From a virus (taxonomy: Duplodnaviria; Caudoviricetes), in IMG/VR virus record IMGVR_UViG_3300037756_000102, positions 1-37,181 of that record: a stretch of DNA of 37,181 nucleotides; one strand, 5' to 3'. Below are positions 17,578 through 26,219 of the stretch, piece after piece; the stretch's first letter is position 1, and each line of letters begins with the position of its first letter. The translations under genes and the position numbers were made by a program. The notes beneath the pieces were generated by a model. That model searched no databases. It had not been told where the DNA came from and was given only the letters and a program-made list of their open reading frames with translations.

Positions 17578-17636
17578 TTGACTACCTGGCCCCTACGTGG
17601 TTTATTTAAATTAGTAACCCGGACAGACGGAGGAAC
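17578..17636 (+). promoter_or_regulatory. Conserved promoter/RBS cassette, copy 5
   Basis: TTGACT-N17-TTTATT; TGGTTTATTTAAAT; CAGACGGAGGAAC. Confidence 0.75.
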
Positions 17637-17639
17637 GAC

Positions 17640-17900
17640 ATGAAGACTGGAGCTGGCGTGAGTGACCCCCGGTTCATCACTGATCATCATGGCCGTGTAT
17701 GGGTACGCGAAGGTTTGCGTTACCCCACATATGTCCACTGCGGAATGCGGTGGGTTCGTGAATCGGTGGAGGACACCCAGCATGGATTGCCTAGTCAAGA
17801 GGTACTGGACAACCAAAACTACGCGGAGTTGTGTTCCATCTGCCTTGGTGGCCGTCAACGGCATGTGGCGGCACAACCTGACGAACCGAAGAACAACTGA
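17640..17900 (+). CDS. hypothetical protein (HCG..CSIC)
   Basis: Starts at the cassette RBS. Confidence 0.6.
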   Translation: MKTGAGVSDPRFITDHHGRVWVREGLRYPTYVHCGMRWVRESVEDTQHGLPSQEVLDNQNYAELCSICLGGRQRHVAAQPDEPKNN

Positions 17901-17914
17901 CGGAGGAACCAGGC

Positions 17915-18169
17915 ATGAAGAGGATCACCAAACAGCGCGAGCTTGTCCGGCTGGCCCGGCAGCTGAAAGTGCGCCCCGACTGGCACGAGTCGGACGAGCT
18001 GGGTGTCACTGCGACCACGGACGGTGACAGCTTTGATAACGCCGGGTTCTGGGGGTCCGGCTTCCACGGATCAGGCACCGAGATGTACGTGACACTGCAC
18101 CAGGACGGCAGGCCGGTGGCTCAGGTCAACCTGGCGACGCTGTTCGCGTGGGCAGCCGGAGGAGAGTGA
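17915..18169 (+). CDS. hypothetical protein
   Basis: GACGGAGGAAC RBS; GC3-rich frame. Confidence 0.7.
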   Translation: MKRITKQRELVRLARQLKVRPDWHESDELGVTATTDGDSFDNAGFWGSGFHGSGTEMYVTLHQDGRPVAQVNLATLFAWAAGGE

Positions 18170-18180
18170 GAGACGGATCA

Positions 18181-18223
18181 ACGATGAACGGCCCCAGGCC
18201 ATGTGCCTGGGGCCGTTCATCGT
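18181..18223. terminator. bidirectional terminator
   Basis: 19-bp perfect stem between convergent genes. Confidence 0.75.
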
Positions 18224-18606
18224 GCTGCCCGCAGAGCCCGCGTGAGGAAGTCGTTCGGGGCGTTGCCCGGGTGACGGACGATCCTTGCGTATACCACCCG
18301 GCCGCCGACCATGAACCGCAATGCCTTCGCCCGTACCGGCCGGATGATGTGGGGCCGCGTCCCCTTGATCACGTAAATGGTTGCCGGGTGCGTTGATTCG
18401 AGCCGGCCGATGATGTTCCGCCCCCGTCCGTCGATGCTGGACGAGATGTGCTCGGACATGCTGCCCGGTGCAGTGACCCTGGCGACTGCCTCAGCCCTGT
18501 TCAGCCTCCGCCGCATGCTCTCGTACACCAGGCCGCCGGGAAGCCTCAGCATCCGCTCCAGGGCATTCCGGTTGATGGTCACGGACACGCTGGTGGTCAG
18601 GCTCAT
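18217..18606 (-). CDS. HK97 gp10-like tail/neck component
   Basis: YV.KGTRPHIIRP..AKALRF...V.HPG..PNDFL.RAL motif. Confidence 0.75.
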   Translation of the reverse strand: MSLTTSVSVTINRNALERMLRLPGGLVYESMRRRLNRAEAVARVTAPGSMSEHISSSIDGRGRNIIGRLESTHPATIYVIKGTRPHIIRPVRAKALRFMVGGRVVYARIVRHPGNAPNDFLTRALRAAR

Positions 18607-18658
18607 GTATCCACGGTACGCTCGATTGTGCGTTGCTCCTTGTGGTGAGGACACCGAA

Positions 18659-18692
18659 AAGCCCCCCGGTCGAGATAGCTCCCGGGGGGCTT
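18659..18692. terminator. terminator hairpin
   Basis: AAAGCCCCCCGG..CCGGGGGGCTTT. Confidence 0.6.
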
Positions 18693-18698
18693 TGGTTA

Positions 18699-18806
18699 TC
18701 AGCGGCCCTTACGCTTGTCGGCGGATCGGGTCCAGATCCAGCCGGCCGCCAGGGCGACGGAGAGCGCGAACCAGCACAGACCGGTGCGGATGATGTCGGC
18801 TGTCAT
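18699..18806 (-). CDS. small membrane peptide
   Basis: GGAGG RBS, ATGA overlap, one TM helix plus basic tail. Confidence 0.4.
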   Translation of the reverse strand: MTADIIRTGLCWFALSVALAAGWIWTRSADKRKGR

Positions 18807-19237
18807 GGCGTTGTCTTGACCTCCTGACTGTCCGATGCCTGGTCCTGGAAGATTCGGATGGCACCCCGGCTGACCTTGCTGGCCAGAGTTTTGACCGTGT
18901 CTGCCGAAGGGCCGCGAACGGACCGGTACTCTACGGCCTTCTTGTTGAGCCATATCACTACTTCGCGCTGAGCTTCTGCCAGTACTTCGGCCCGTAGCTC
19001 CGCCAGCTCCTCCCGGATCTGGTCCCGCTCGTCGATCAAATCGCTCACCTGAGTCTGTGACTGGTTATACATGACGGCCAGGTTCTCCGCCTTGCTGCGC
19101 AGCTCCGCCTGCTCCCCATCAGCGACCGCCATGGCGTTCATGGCGGGCACAAGGCGTGCCCTCCCTGACGACATGGGCAGCCCCTTACCGATTGCCGCCG
19201 CGTACCGCTCCCGGCGCTCATCGTCAGTGTTACTCAT
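18803..19237 (-). CDS. hypothetical coiled-coil protein
   Basis: RBS AGGAG; RRERYAAAI motif and coiled coil. Confidence 0.65.
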   Translation of the reverse strand: MSNTDDERRERYAAAIGKGLPMSSGRARLVPAMNAMAVADGEQAELRSKAENLAVMYNQSQTQVSDLIDERDQIREELAELRAEVLAEAQREVVIWLNKKAVEYRSVRGPSADTVKTLASKVSRGAIRIFQDQASDSQEVKTTP

Positions 19238-19410
19238 TCGCTTTCTCCTCCTGTGGTGGTCGGGACAGTCAGTCCGAGCATGGCCAGCAGACGGGCCCGA
19301 TCGGCCTCATCGACCGCGTGGCGTTCGACTTGCCGTTCGGCGCCCTTCATCACGTCGTCCGGGACGTTCTCCAGGATCAGGGGGCGTCCGGCGGTCAGCT
19401 CAGCACCCAT
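19234..19410 (-). CDS. 58-aa hypothetical protein (MGAELTAGRPL...)
   Basis: Read by hand; GGAG RBS; ATGA overlap. Confidence 0.5.
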   Translation of the reverse strand: MGAELTAGRPLILENVPDDVMKGAERQVERHAVDEADRARLLAMLGLTVPTTTGGESE

Positions 19411-19446
19411 GGTCTCCCCCGAGGGTGGGGTACAGGTCGGCGTGGC

Positions 19447-19641
19447 TCATACGTACGCTCCCTTGCCGAGTCCGTGCCCGCAGGTGGGGCAGGGCAGGAG
19501 TTCGTCTGAATCGACCAGCACCAGCTGGTCCGATCCGTGCCGGGTGAGTCGCTCGCTCGTGATGAGCCGGTTGATCGTGCGTACCGACACCCCGAGTCGC
19601 TGCGCTGCTTCTTTCTTCGTGAGGTATGCCATGAGCGTCAT
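19447..19641 (-). CDS. excisionase-like HTH (HTH_17/MerR-like) protein
   Basis: YLTKKEAAQRLGVSVRTINRLI; C-terminal CPTCG. Confidence 0.8.
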   Translation of the reverse strand: MTLMAYLTKKEAAQRLGVSVRTINRLITSERLTRHGSDQLVLVDSDELLPCPTCGHGLGKGAYV

Positions 19642-19696
19642 GGTACAACCGTGTCTAGGGGTATGACAAGCCCATCAAGGTTGTTGGCCCCAGGGG

Positions 19697-19725
19697 TTGA
19701 CAGACCTGTCGTGCCCTGACAGGGT
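19697..19725 (+). promoter_or_regulatory. promoter divergent from the HTH gene
   Basis: GGGGTTGACA -35 overlapped by a GACAG-AC-CTGTC dyad; weak -10. Confidence 0.4.
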
Positions 19726-19764
19726 GGGGTCATCACCACAGGAACTCACCAAGGAGCGGACGAC

Positions 19765-19929
19765 ATGTGGTTCATAGAGACGGCCGGTTTCCGGATCGGC
19801 CCCGACTGGTACACCGAAGCGGGCCCCTTCGCCACTGAGAAGGACGCGGAGGCTTGGCTGGCTAACAACGCTCACAGACTGATCGGCGTTGGCCGCAAGA
19901 CTCGCATTGCCTGGGACGACGAGAACTGA
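19765..19929 (+). CDS. 54-aa hypothetical protein (MWFIETAG...)
   Basis: Read by hand; AAGGAG RBS. Confidence 0.55.
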   Translation: MWFIETAGFRIGPDWYTEAGPFATEKDAEAWLANNAHRLIGVGRKTRIAWDDEN

Positions 19930-20016
19930 CACCCCAGTCTCCGGACGGTCCAGCCGTACGGGCGCCATAACCCACCGGAGACACGTAAGACTCACCACAC
20001 CGAGAGGAACGAGACC

Positions 20017-20637
20017 ATGGCAAACACCGCACTCATGAAGCGCGTACTCCAGCAGGTAACCGAGCACCCGGAAACGCACGACCAGGGCTCCACACAGATC
20101 GGGCACGGCCCCGGGCTCACTCGGGACATCGGCGGATGGTCGCTGTTCTTCGCCCACGAGGCCCGGAACCTCCACTGCTCCCCGTACGTGGACGTCTTGG
20201 ACGACTCGTTCCCGGAGCCCATCCTCGGCACTGCTGAGGCCCTCGGCATCGGCAGTGCCGAGGCTCAGGAGATCTACGCCGAGGAAGACAACGACAAGGC
20301 CGTAGTGCTGCTTCAGAGCCTCATCAGCAAGTACAGCGCTGCCGGCCCGCGCGTCGTCGATGTGTGGATGGACCCCGCGCAGCGTGAGACCGGTCCGTTC
20401 CGTCATGCTGACGACGACTGCGGGGGAACTATCCGGAGGTACGGGAGCGGCTGGCGTTGTGACGTATGCCGTGCAGTCGACTTCGGCAAGCAGGCAGCGC
20501 CGATGCTGGGCCCCGCGCAGGCGGAACGGCAGAAGATCACCGACCAGCTGTTCGACCGGGCGCGCAACGAGCTGGACACCGCCAAGGCGCTGTGGCTGTT
20601 CGAGCTGGCCCTCAAGATCGAAAGGGGTGAGGAGTGA
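20017..20637 (+). CDS. hypothetical protein
   Basis: GAGGAAC RBS; GC3-rich; CGG..C..C motif. Confidence 0.7.
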   Translation: MANTALMKRVLQQVTEHPETHDQGSTQIGHGPGLTRDIGGWSLFFAHEARNLHCSPYVDVLDDSFPEPILGTAEALGIGSAEAQEIYAEEDNDKAVVLLQSLISKYSAAGPRVVDVWMDPAQRETGPFRHADDDCGGTIRRYGSGWRCDVCRAVDFGKQAAPMLGPAQAERQKITDQLFDRARNELDTAKALWLFELALKIERGEE

Positions 20638-20718
20638 TGGCGACCACCGATCCGACCCACGTGGCCCCTGAATGCCCCGTGCACGGCAACGACTCCGATC
20701 GCCCGGAGGTGAGCGGCG

Positions 20719-21009
20719 ATGTGGTGGAACTCCAGTCGAGGGCAACACAGGAGCCCCGGACCGCGTGAAGTCCGCCAGCAGCTCGACGCAGCGACCCACC
20801 TCCTGAGGAACAGCCGGACGCACGTCAAGGAGCTGTACCAGCAGATTGCCCGGCTCCGGGCACAGCTGATGTACCGCGACCATCAGATAGCCGAGCTGCG
20901 AGCCCTGGTGGCGAAGCTCGAGAACCACTTCGCGGCATCGGTCCCGTCCGCCCTGGACGTCACCCAGGAAATCAAGGTTGTGCCGCTACAGGAGAAAGGA
21001 CAGCCATGA
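20719..21009 (+). CDS. hypothetical coiled-coil protein
   Basis: GGAGG RBS; coupled to the next gene. Confidence 0.6.
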   Translation: MWWNSSRGQHRSPGPREVRQQLDAATHLLRNSRTHVKELYQQIARLRAQLMYRDHQIAELRALVAKLENHFAASVPSALDVTQEIKVVPLQEKGQP

Positions 21010-21305
21010 GCAACGAGTACACCCCTCGACAGCACACGGTCTACGCGATTCAGTGGAATGGCTGGGTCGGACGTACAGAAGAGATCCAGAGCTTCCTCGG
21101 AGGAGAGGACCACGCGGCAACATCTCTGACTCGTGGCGGCCTGAGCGTCCACACACTCAAGTGGTCGGTTACGGTCCCCAAGAACGGCTGGATTATCCGC
21201 CACAAAGCCGGACCGCTCCGGTACGAGATGCTGACCGACGATCTGTTCAAGCATCGGTACGAGACCGCGACGAAGGCCGCACCGAGTGACGCCACCCACC
21301 ACTAG
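21006..21305 (+). CDS. hypothetical phage protein
   Basis: V.AIQW.G...GWIIR...F...YE motif. Confidence 0.65.
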   Translation: MSNEYTPRQHTVYAIQWNGWVGRTEEIQSFLGGEDHAATSLTRGGLSVHTLKWSVTVPKNGWIIRHKAGPLRYEMLTDDLFKHRYETATKAAPSDATHH

Positions 21306-21793
21306 GACAGGCTGACCAGAACCCGCAGCTCGTTCCCGACGCAGCCCCCTGACGGCCCCTGTGCTGTCAGGGGGCGCAGCATGTAGCTGTCGATGTCCCG
21401 GGCGTCGTCCATCTCCTGGAGCCGTTCCTGTACAGAACAGATCATCTCGTAAGCGTCCCGCAGGACCTCCCGGGCGGACGCGTCCAGCTCCGCCACGGTC
21501 GGTGACAGGGACTGACCGTCCGGGTTGGGCGCGCACCGCACCACCTGAATGACCAGCTCCGCCACGTTGAGTGCGGCTCCGCAGTTCCCTGCCGGCTGCT
21601 GGATCAGGTCGGGAAACACCTCGGACGGATAGATCTGGTTCACGGACACCGCCAGCAGCCCGCAGTCACATTCGTCCCATGCGATGGCGCCGGGCACCAC
21701 ACCGGACCGCAACGGCTTCACCGTCAGCGCATCATGCACCGCCACCCGGATCTCTTCCGCCAGCGTGTACCACTTCAGGGGGCCGAACAGCAC
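21302..21793 (-). CDS. putative tail terminator / minor tail protein
   Basis: PG..AWD.C.CG.L, RC.P and GP.GGC.G motifs; follows the adaptor. Confidence 0.6.
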   Translation of the reverse strand: MLFGPLKWYTLAEEIRVAVHDALTVKPLRSGVVPGAIAWDECDCGLLAVSVNQIYPSEVFPDLIQQPAGNCGAALNVAELVIQVVRCAPNPDGQSLSPTVAELDASAREVLRDAYEMICSVQERLQEMDDARDIDSYMLRPLTAQGPSGGCVGNELRVLVSLS

Positions 21794-21809
21794 GTCATCC
21801 TCCTCCCGG

Positions 21810-22622
21810 TCACGGTGGGGCTCCGGTGTCCGGGCGCCTCACTGTCGGCCGGTCCACGTTGTACACCCGGGACCGGGCCCGCAAGTTCGACGGGTTCCAC
21901 GTGTTGACGAACGCGTCCACCAGCCAAATACCTGTCCGGCCCTGTCTCAGCAGTTCACCGATGTCCGGATACTGGATCGTCACGCCCTGCCGGATCAACT
22001 GCGTCAGGCCCGGCGGCAGGTTGCAGTCCGCGCCCTGCCCGGCACGGATGATCTCGCACACCAGCGCGCCCATCGCCAGTGCCGCGCCCTCCGGGATGAC
22101 CTCCCCGAACGTGGCCGTGACCGACCAGGTACCCGGCTCCGTGTCATCGGATCCCAGATCGTTACACAGCGGCCACAGACCACCGTCCGTACGGATGACG
22201 ATCCGGTTGTTATCCAGCCGGTAGGACCCGGTGGGCATCGGTGTGCCGTCGATTTTGATTTCCACGATCCGGTGGACCGGGGACGGAAGAACGAACTCGC
22301 TGACCGACGAACACGAGCACGTCCCCGGGCAGCCCCCGCACCCCAGGTTGAACCACTGGCCGCCGATCAGCGCCGGACGGGGGTACTGCCCGCTGAACGG
22401 AACGACCCCTTCCGGGAACGCCCCGTAGCAGTCCCGGCGGCATGGCCTCAGTGTCACGTCGCACAGGCCGAACCGCATTCCGGTCAGGCCCCACAGCAGG
22501 TCCGTGGCCAGCGACACAGCCAGGCCCGTAAGCACGGGCGACTCCGCCGACACATCGCAGATCAGATGCACCGGCCAGTCCGCGCACGGACCGAAATCCG
22601 AACCAGGACCGGCCGTTGCCAT
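21810..22622 (-). CDS. head-to-tail adaptor
   Basis: AT..LW.LTG..FG.C...RPC, LP.PV, RQGVT and TG..LVD motifs. Confidence 0.7.
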   Translation of the reverse strand: MATAGPGSDFGPCADWPVHLICDVSAESPVLTGLAVSLATDLLWGLTGMRFGLCDVTLRPCRRDCYGAFPEGVVPFSGQYPRPALIGGQWFNLGCGGCPGTCSCSSVSEFVLPSPVHRIVEIKIDGTPMPTGSYRLDNNRIVIRTDGGLWPLCNDLGSDDTEPGTWSVTATFGEVIPEGAALAMGALVCEIIRAGQGADCNLPPGLTQLIRQGVTIQYPDIGELLRQGRTGIWLVDAFVNTWNPSNLRARSRVYNVDRPTVRRPDTGAPP

Positions 22623-22630
22623 GGATTCTC

Positions 22631-23305
22631 CTACGCGGGGATTGTGGTGGTGTCACACGCTGCGGTGGGCGGGGGCGTGGTGGTGACGTTCCACAGCCAG
22701 TGTTCGTCATCCTCCACGGTTTCCCCGGCCGGTAGCCACGCGGCGCCTACCAGGTCATCCCACAACGGGGATGCGGCCCTGGTCTCCGAGATCACCTGGA
22801 GTGTGGACCTGCCGTTCTGAATCGTGTAGGTGCCGATCCTGGTGGACCCCACGTTGGGCCACGCGTTGTAAATGTACCGCTGAGCCCCGGTCGCATCGCA
22901 GGCTGCCTGGCCTGCGATCTCCTGCCACACTTCGAGGCTGTACCTGTTGACGGGATTACCCTCTGCGACCGCGAAGCCGGTACCGGTGGCCGGAGTGCCC
23001 GTGGTCAGTGTCCGGGCCGAGGTGATCCATGACGCACCCAGAACGTTGATCTCACAGAAATCGATCGTGAGATCCATCCGCTGAAGCGTCGGGTCGTCCC
23101 GCTGGTTCACGCACGGCAGACCGGATGCGGTGCGCTCGAAGAACTCTTCACCGTCCTGGTACTGGGGCGCCATCTGTACCTGAACGAAGCCACGGGTCAC
23201 CATGACCAGGCCTGAGTCCCCGGTGATCGGGACTCCGCACACGTCCAGAGCGACGATACGAAGATGCGTGCCTTTGATGGGCGTCACGCAGGTTGAAATG
23301 GCCAT
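22631..23305 (-). CDS. major tail protein
   Basis: G..LR...LD.CG, GEEF..RTA.G..C and LEVW motifs; GGAGG RBS before 23305. Confidence 0.7.
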   Translation of the reverse strand: MAISTCVTPIKGTHLRIVALDVCGVPITGDSGLVMVTRGFVQVQMAPQYQDGEEFFERTASGLPCVNQRDDPTLQRMDLTIDFCEINVLGASWITSARTLTTGTPATGTGFAVAEGNPVNRYSLEVWQEIAGQAACDATGAQRYIYNAWPNVGSTRIGTYTIQNGRSTLQVISETRAASPLWDDLVGAAWLPAGETVEDDEHWLWNVTTTPPPTAACDTTTIPA

Positions 23306-23309
23306 GGTT

Positions 23310-24188
23310 TCAGTCCTCCGGTACACCCAGATTGATCAAAGCAGCGAGATGGCAGCACTCCCACGCCATCACGTATGTGCGCTCCGCGAGCATTTCCACG
23401 GTGTTCTCGGCCCGGTCCAGGCTGTCCCGGACCTGCGTTGCGAACACATCGCCCCGGTACCCGAACACAGCCCCCGTCGCGTAAATCCACGCAGTTCCGG
23501 CAGGGGCCGCAGTCCCGTCCGGCCCGGTGTTCGGATATCCCCCGCCCACCGCGACAAGGTTCCCGGACAGTGTCCGCAGTGTCCCGTCTGTGTCCCGGAC
23601 AAGACCCCACGCGTCCAGTGTCGCCAGGGCCAGCCGGGGGACATGCAGGACGCCCTGTCCCTCATAGCAGTCGTCGAGACACTGTTCCAGGACACCCAGT
23701 CCATGGGCCGCGTCCACGCCGGTGATACACACGGACGCGGCAGTCTGGAGCGTGATGCTCTGCGCATCCTCCACCCCGGCGTCTGCCGCCAGATGCGGGA
23801 ACACGGTTGTCACACCGCCGGCGGTGCCTGTCCAGAACGCCGTTTCCAGCTGTGATTCCTCTACGCGGGACAGAGCATCTGTGGCCACTGAGTCCACGTC
23901 GGACAGCCCGACCGGGGAGCAGTCGAACCGGGCGAACACCGTAATCGGTGTGGCGCCCCGGAAGTCCTGTGTGACGTTGGCGCTCTTGGGCTCCGGCTCC
24001 GGGGGAGCACCCGTTCCGGTGACCGACACGCACTCGTCATAGGTGGTTCCACCGACCGGACACCGCTCAATGTGGGTTATGCCGTTACGCCAGTGAGCGG
24101 GGGCGGTCGGCTTCTGCGCCGTGTCCCACAGGCCGTACGGCAGGGAGGTGAACGCGGGCGGATCAACGATCGGACGTGCTCCGGCCAT
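23310..24188 (-). CDS. virion structural protein (second capsid-associated protein)
   Basis: Immediately after major capsid; HW..G, G.GY and N....AER.Y motifs. Confidence 0.6.
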   Translation of the reverse strand: MAGARPIVDPPAFTSLPYGLWDTAQKPTAPAHWRNGITHIERCPVGGTTYDECVSVTGTGAPPEPEPKSANVTQDFRGATPITVFARFDCSPVGLSDVDSVATDALSRVEESQLETAFWTGTAGGVTTVFPHLAADAGVEDAQSITLQTAASVCITGVDAAHGLGVLEQCLDDCYEGQGVLHVPRLALATLDAWGLVRDTDGTLRTLSGNLVAVGGGYPNTGPDGTAAPAGTAWIYATGAVFGYRGDVFATQVRDSLDRAENTVEMLAERTYVMAWECCHLAALINLGVPED

Positions 24189-24218
24189 GGCCGTTCACCT
24201 CCCTTTCAGGTCCGTGGA

Positions 24219-25997
24219 TCAGAGGTTCGGGAAAGGATCGATGTCCGTACCCGGAGTCAGGGTGGCCACGGTGGTAGCGCCCATCACGGAGAAAGTCGTG
24301 GTGTACAGCCGGGACTCATGGCCCACACGGGCAACCAGCTGGCATTCCTCGGACCATGCGGCCGTGAAGTCGTTCTCCGCGTTCAGGACACTGTCCCGGA
24401 TCACACCGAGGTCCAGACTCAGGCCCTGGCCCCGGATGAACGTACCGGCCGCGTACACCATGAACTGAGCACTGGTCGGCCACGCAGTCATCGGGGTGGC
24501 GTTGCCGAACTGGCCGGCTCCCCGGATCTGCCAGTCGTTGACGAACTGGACCCTCAGGTTCCGGTCCGCGAAGAAACTGTTGATCATGGCGTCAGTGACG
24601 GACAGCAGGTCCACACCGGTACGCCAGGCCAAGTCCGCCCGCAGTACGTTGCGGACCCAGAACGGGGCAACGATCTCCAGCACGTCATCCATGCACATGC
24701 CGAACCGGGAACGGTAGTCCGTCGCGGCCAGGTCCATGCCGGAGAGGATCTGCTGATAGGCCGGCTTCGCAGTGGCCGGAGTGCCGCCCCCCGCGAACTC
24801 TCCGCCGCTCACAGTCACCAGCGACTGGGCCACCATCTGTGCGATGGTGCGGGCGTTCATCGCCTTGGCGTGCGCGGACATGAGGAGCCGCAGCATGTTG
24901 CGGGTCGCCTCGGGATAGGCGTCGTCCGTGAGGTTGCCCGCCGTCAGGCAGATGCCGTAGCACTCGAGGCGCTCCTCCTCGAAGTCCGGGCAGGGGACGC
25001 GGACACACGGCTTGTTGGGGGAGCCGGTGACGGTGGCGATGTCGTCGGCTTCGGTCCACAGCCACGGGTTGGACTCGGAGCTGAGCGGGACGGAGAAGCC
25101 TCCGAACGCACCGTTGAGGGCGTCGGCCAGACTCGGGGAGACCGGGAAACGGATGCCGCCACGGCTCACGCCGAAGGTCGGCAGATCGATCATGCCGTCT
25201 TCGCAGGCGATGTTGAAGAAGTCGTACCGGATCTCGGAGGGGGCGCACCAGCCTCCGCCCGCCACCAGGGAATCCTTCAGGTCCGGCCGGGTGAGATGCC
25301 GGATCAGTTCCTCGATCTGGGCGGGGGACGTACGGTCATCCACCGTGTGTTCGAAAGCGTTGCGGACCGTGGCCACGGTGTGGCCTTCGGTTGAGCCGGT
25401 CCGGGTGACGGGAAGGCTCCGCGCCTTCTTGGTCATGGCTTCGGTCAGCGCGTCCAGCGTGGACAGCTCACCACCGGGGGAGACACCGGGGATGTCCACG
25501 GACGCCGTGACGGACAGGCGGGCGGTGGGTGCCTGAGGCTGAGGAGCGTTCTTCGCGGTGTCCGACAGGGACGCGATACGGCTTTCGATGCTGCCGCGCC
25601 GGTCCGCGTACACGGCAGTGAGCCCTTTGATGGCGCCCTGGGCAGCGGCTGCTGCGATGGCCTCGGTGTCGATGGCCGCGGCGGCCGGCGGCGCGCCCTG
25701 AACCGCATCCTCCGGTCCGTTGACACGGGTGCGGAGCTTGGACATCTGGTCGGACTGCTTGACGCGCTGCTGGTCCGCGAGGTGCTGCGCCCGGACTTCA
25801 CGGGCCGCGAGTTCAGCCCGGATGCGGTCCAGGCTGTCTGTCACCTCTTCGGCGTACTGGAGCAGTCCGGTGTCGATGTCGTCCAGACCGTTGACGCGGT
25901 TGAACTCCGAAACCCCGGTGGTTTCCAGCGCCTTGAGTTCGTCATCGCTGGTGAGCGCGAGATCATCGGGGGCTGAAAACAGTTCCTCGTGGGCCAT
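24219..25997 (-). CDS. major capsid protein with N-terminal scaffold-like region
   Basis: N-terminal coiled coil; LVAGGGWCAPSEI.YD, DLP...RGG and LDLG..RDS.LN..ND motifs. Confidence 0.85.
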   Translation of the reverse strand: MAHEELFSAPDDLALTSDDELKALETTGVSEFNRVNGLDDIDTGLLQYAEEVTDSLDRIRAELAAREVRAQHLADQQRVKQSDQMSKLRTRVNGPEDAVQGAPPAAAAIDTEAIAAAAAQGAIKGLTAVYADRRGSIESRIASLSDTAKNAPQPQAPTARLSVTASVDIPGVSPGGELSTLDALTEAMTKKARSLPVTRTGSTEGHTVATVRNAFEHTVDDRTSPAQIEELIRHLTRPDLKDSLVAGGGWCAPSEIRYDFFNIACEDGMIDLPTFGVSRGGIRFPVSPSLADALNGAFGGFSVPLSSESNPWLWTEADDIATVTGSPNKPCVRVPCPDFEEERLECYGICLTAGNLTDDAYPEATRNMLRLLMSAHAKAMNARTIAQMVAQSLVTVSGGEFAGGGTPATAKPAYQQILSGMDLAATDYRSRFGMCMDDVLEIVAPFWVRNVLRADLAWRTGVDLLSVTDAMINSFFADRNLRVQFVNDWQIRGAGQFGNATPMTAWPTSAQFMVYAAGTFIRGQGLSLDLGVIRDSVLNAENDFTAAWSEECQLVARVGHESRLYTTTFSVMGATTVATLTPGTDIDPFPNL

Positions 25998-26104
25998 GGT
26001 GCCCCCTTCTGAGACCGTGCGCGGACTCTTGTTACTCAGGGTCAATGTAGCAACGTGCGCCCGATACGGCAAAGATGACCCGATTTAAGTGGACTCGTTA
26101 ACGA

Positions 26105-26143
26105 AACGAACCCCTCCGGGGGCCTCTGCCGGAGGGGTTCGTT
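26105..26143 (-). terminator. terminator hairpin
   Basis: AACGAACCCCTCCGG..CCGGAGGGGTTCGTT with a T-rich tail on the minus strand. Confidence 0.7.
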
Positions 26144-26154
26144 CACCAGGTCGA

Positions 26155-26214
26155 TTACCCGCCGGAGGGCGGTACCGGAACCGGGCGCGGCTTGTTCTTC
26201 CTGCATCCGCACAT
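26155..26214 (-). CDS. 19-aa peptide MCGCRKNKPRPVPVPPSGG
   Basis: Read by hand; AAGGTGA RBS; lies between protease stop and terminator. Confidence 0.4.
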   Translation of the reverse strand: MCGCRKNKPRPVPVPPSGG

Positions 26215-26219
26215 GATGA

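Noticed and set aside
26082-26093. Partial promoter-core match (CACTTAAATC on the minus strand) upstream of the capsid gene
   Set aside because: Lacks TGGTTT and the spaced GGGTTG; too weak to call a sixth copy
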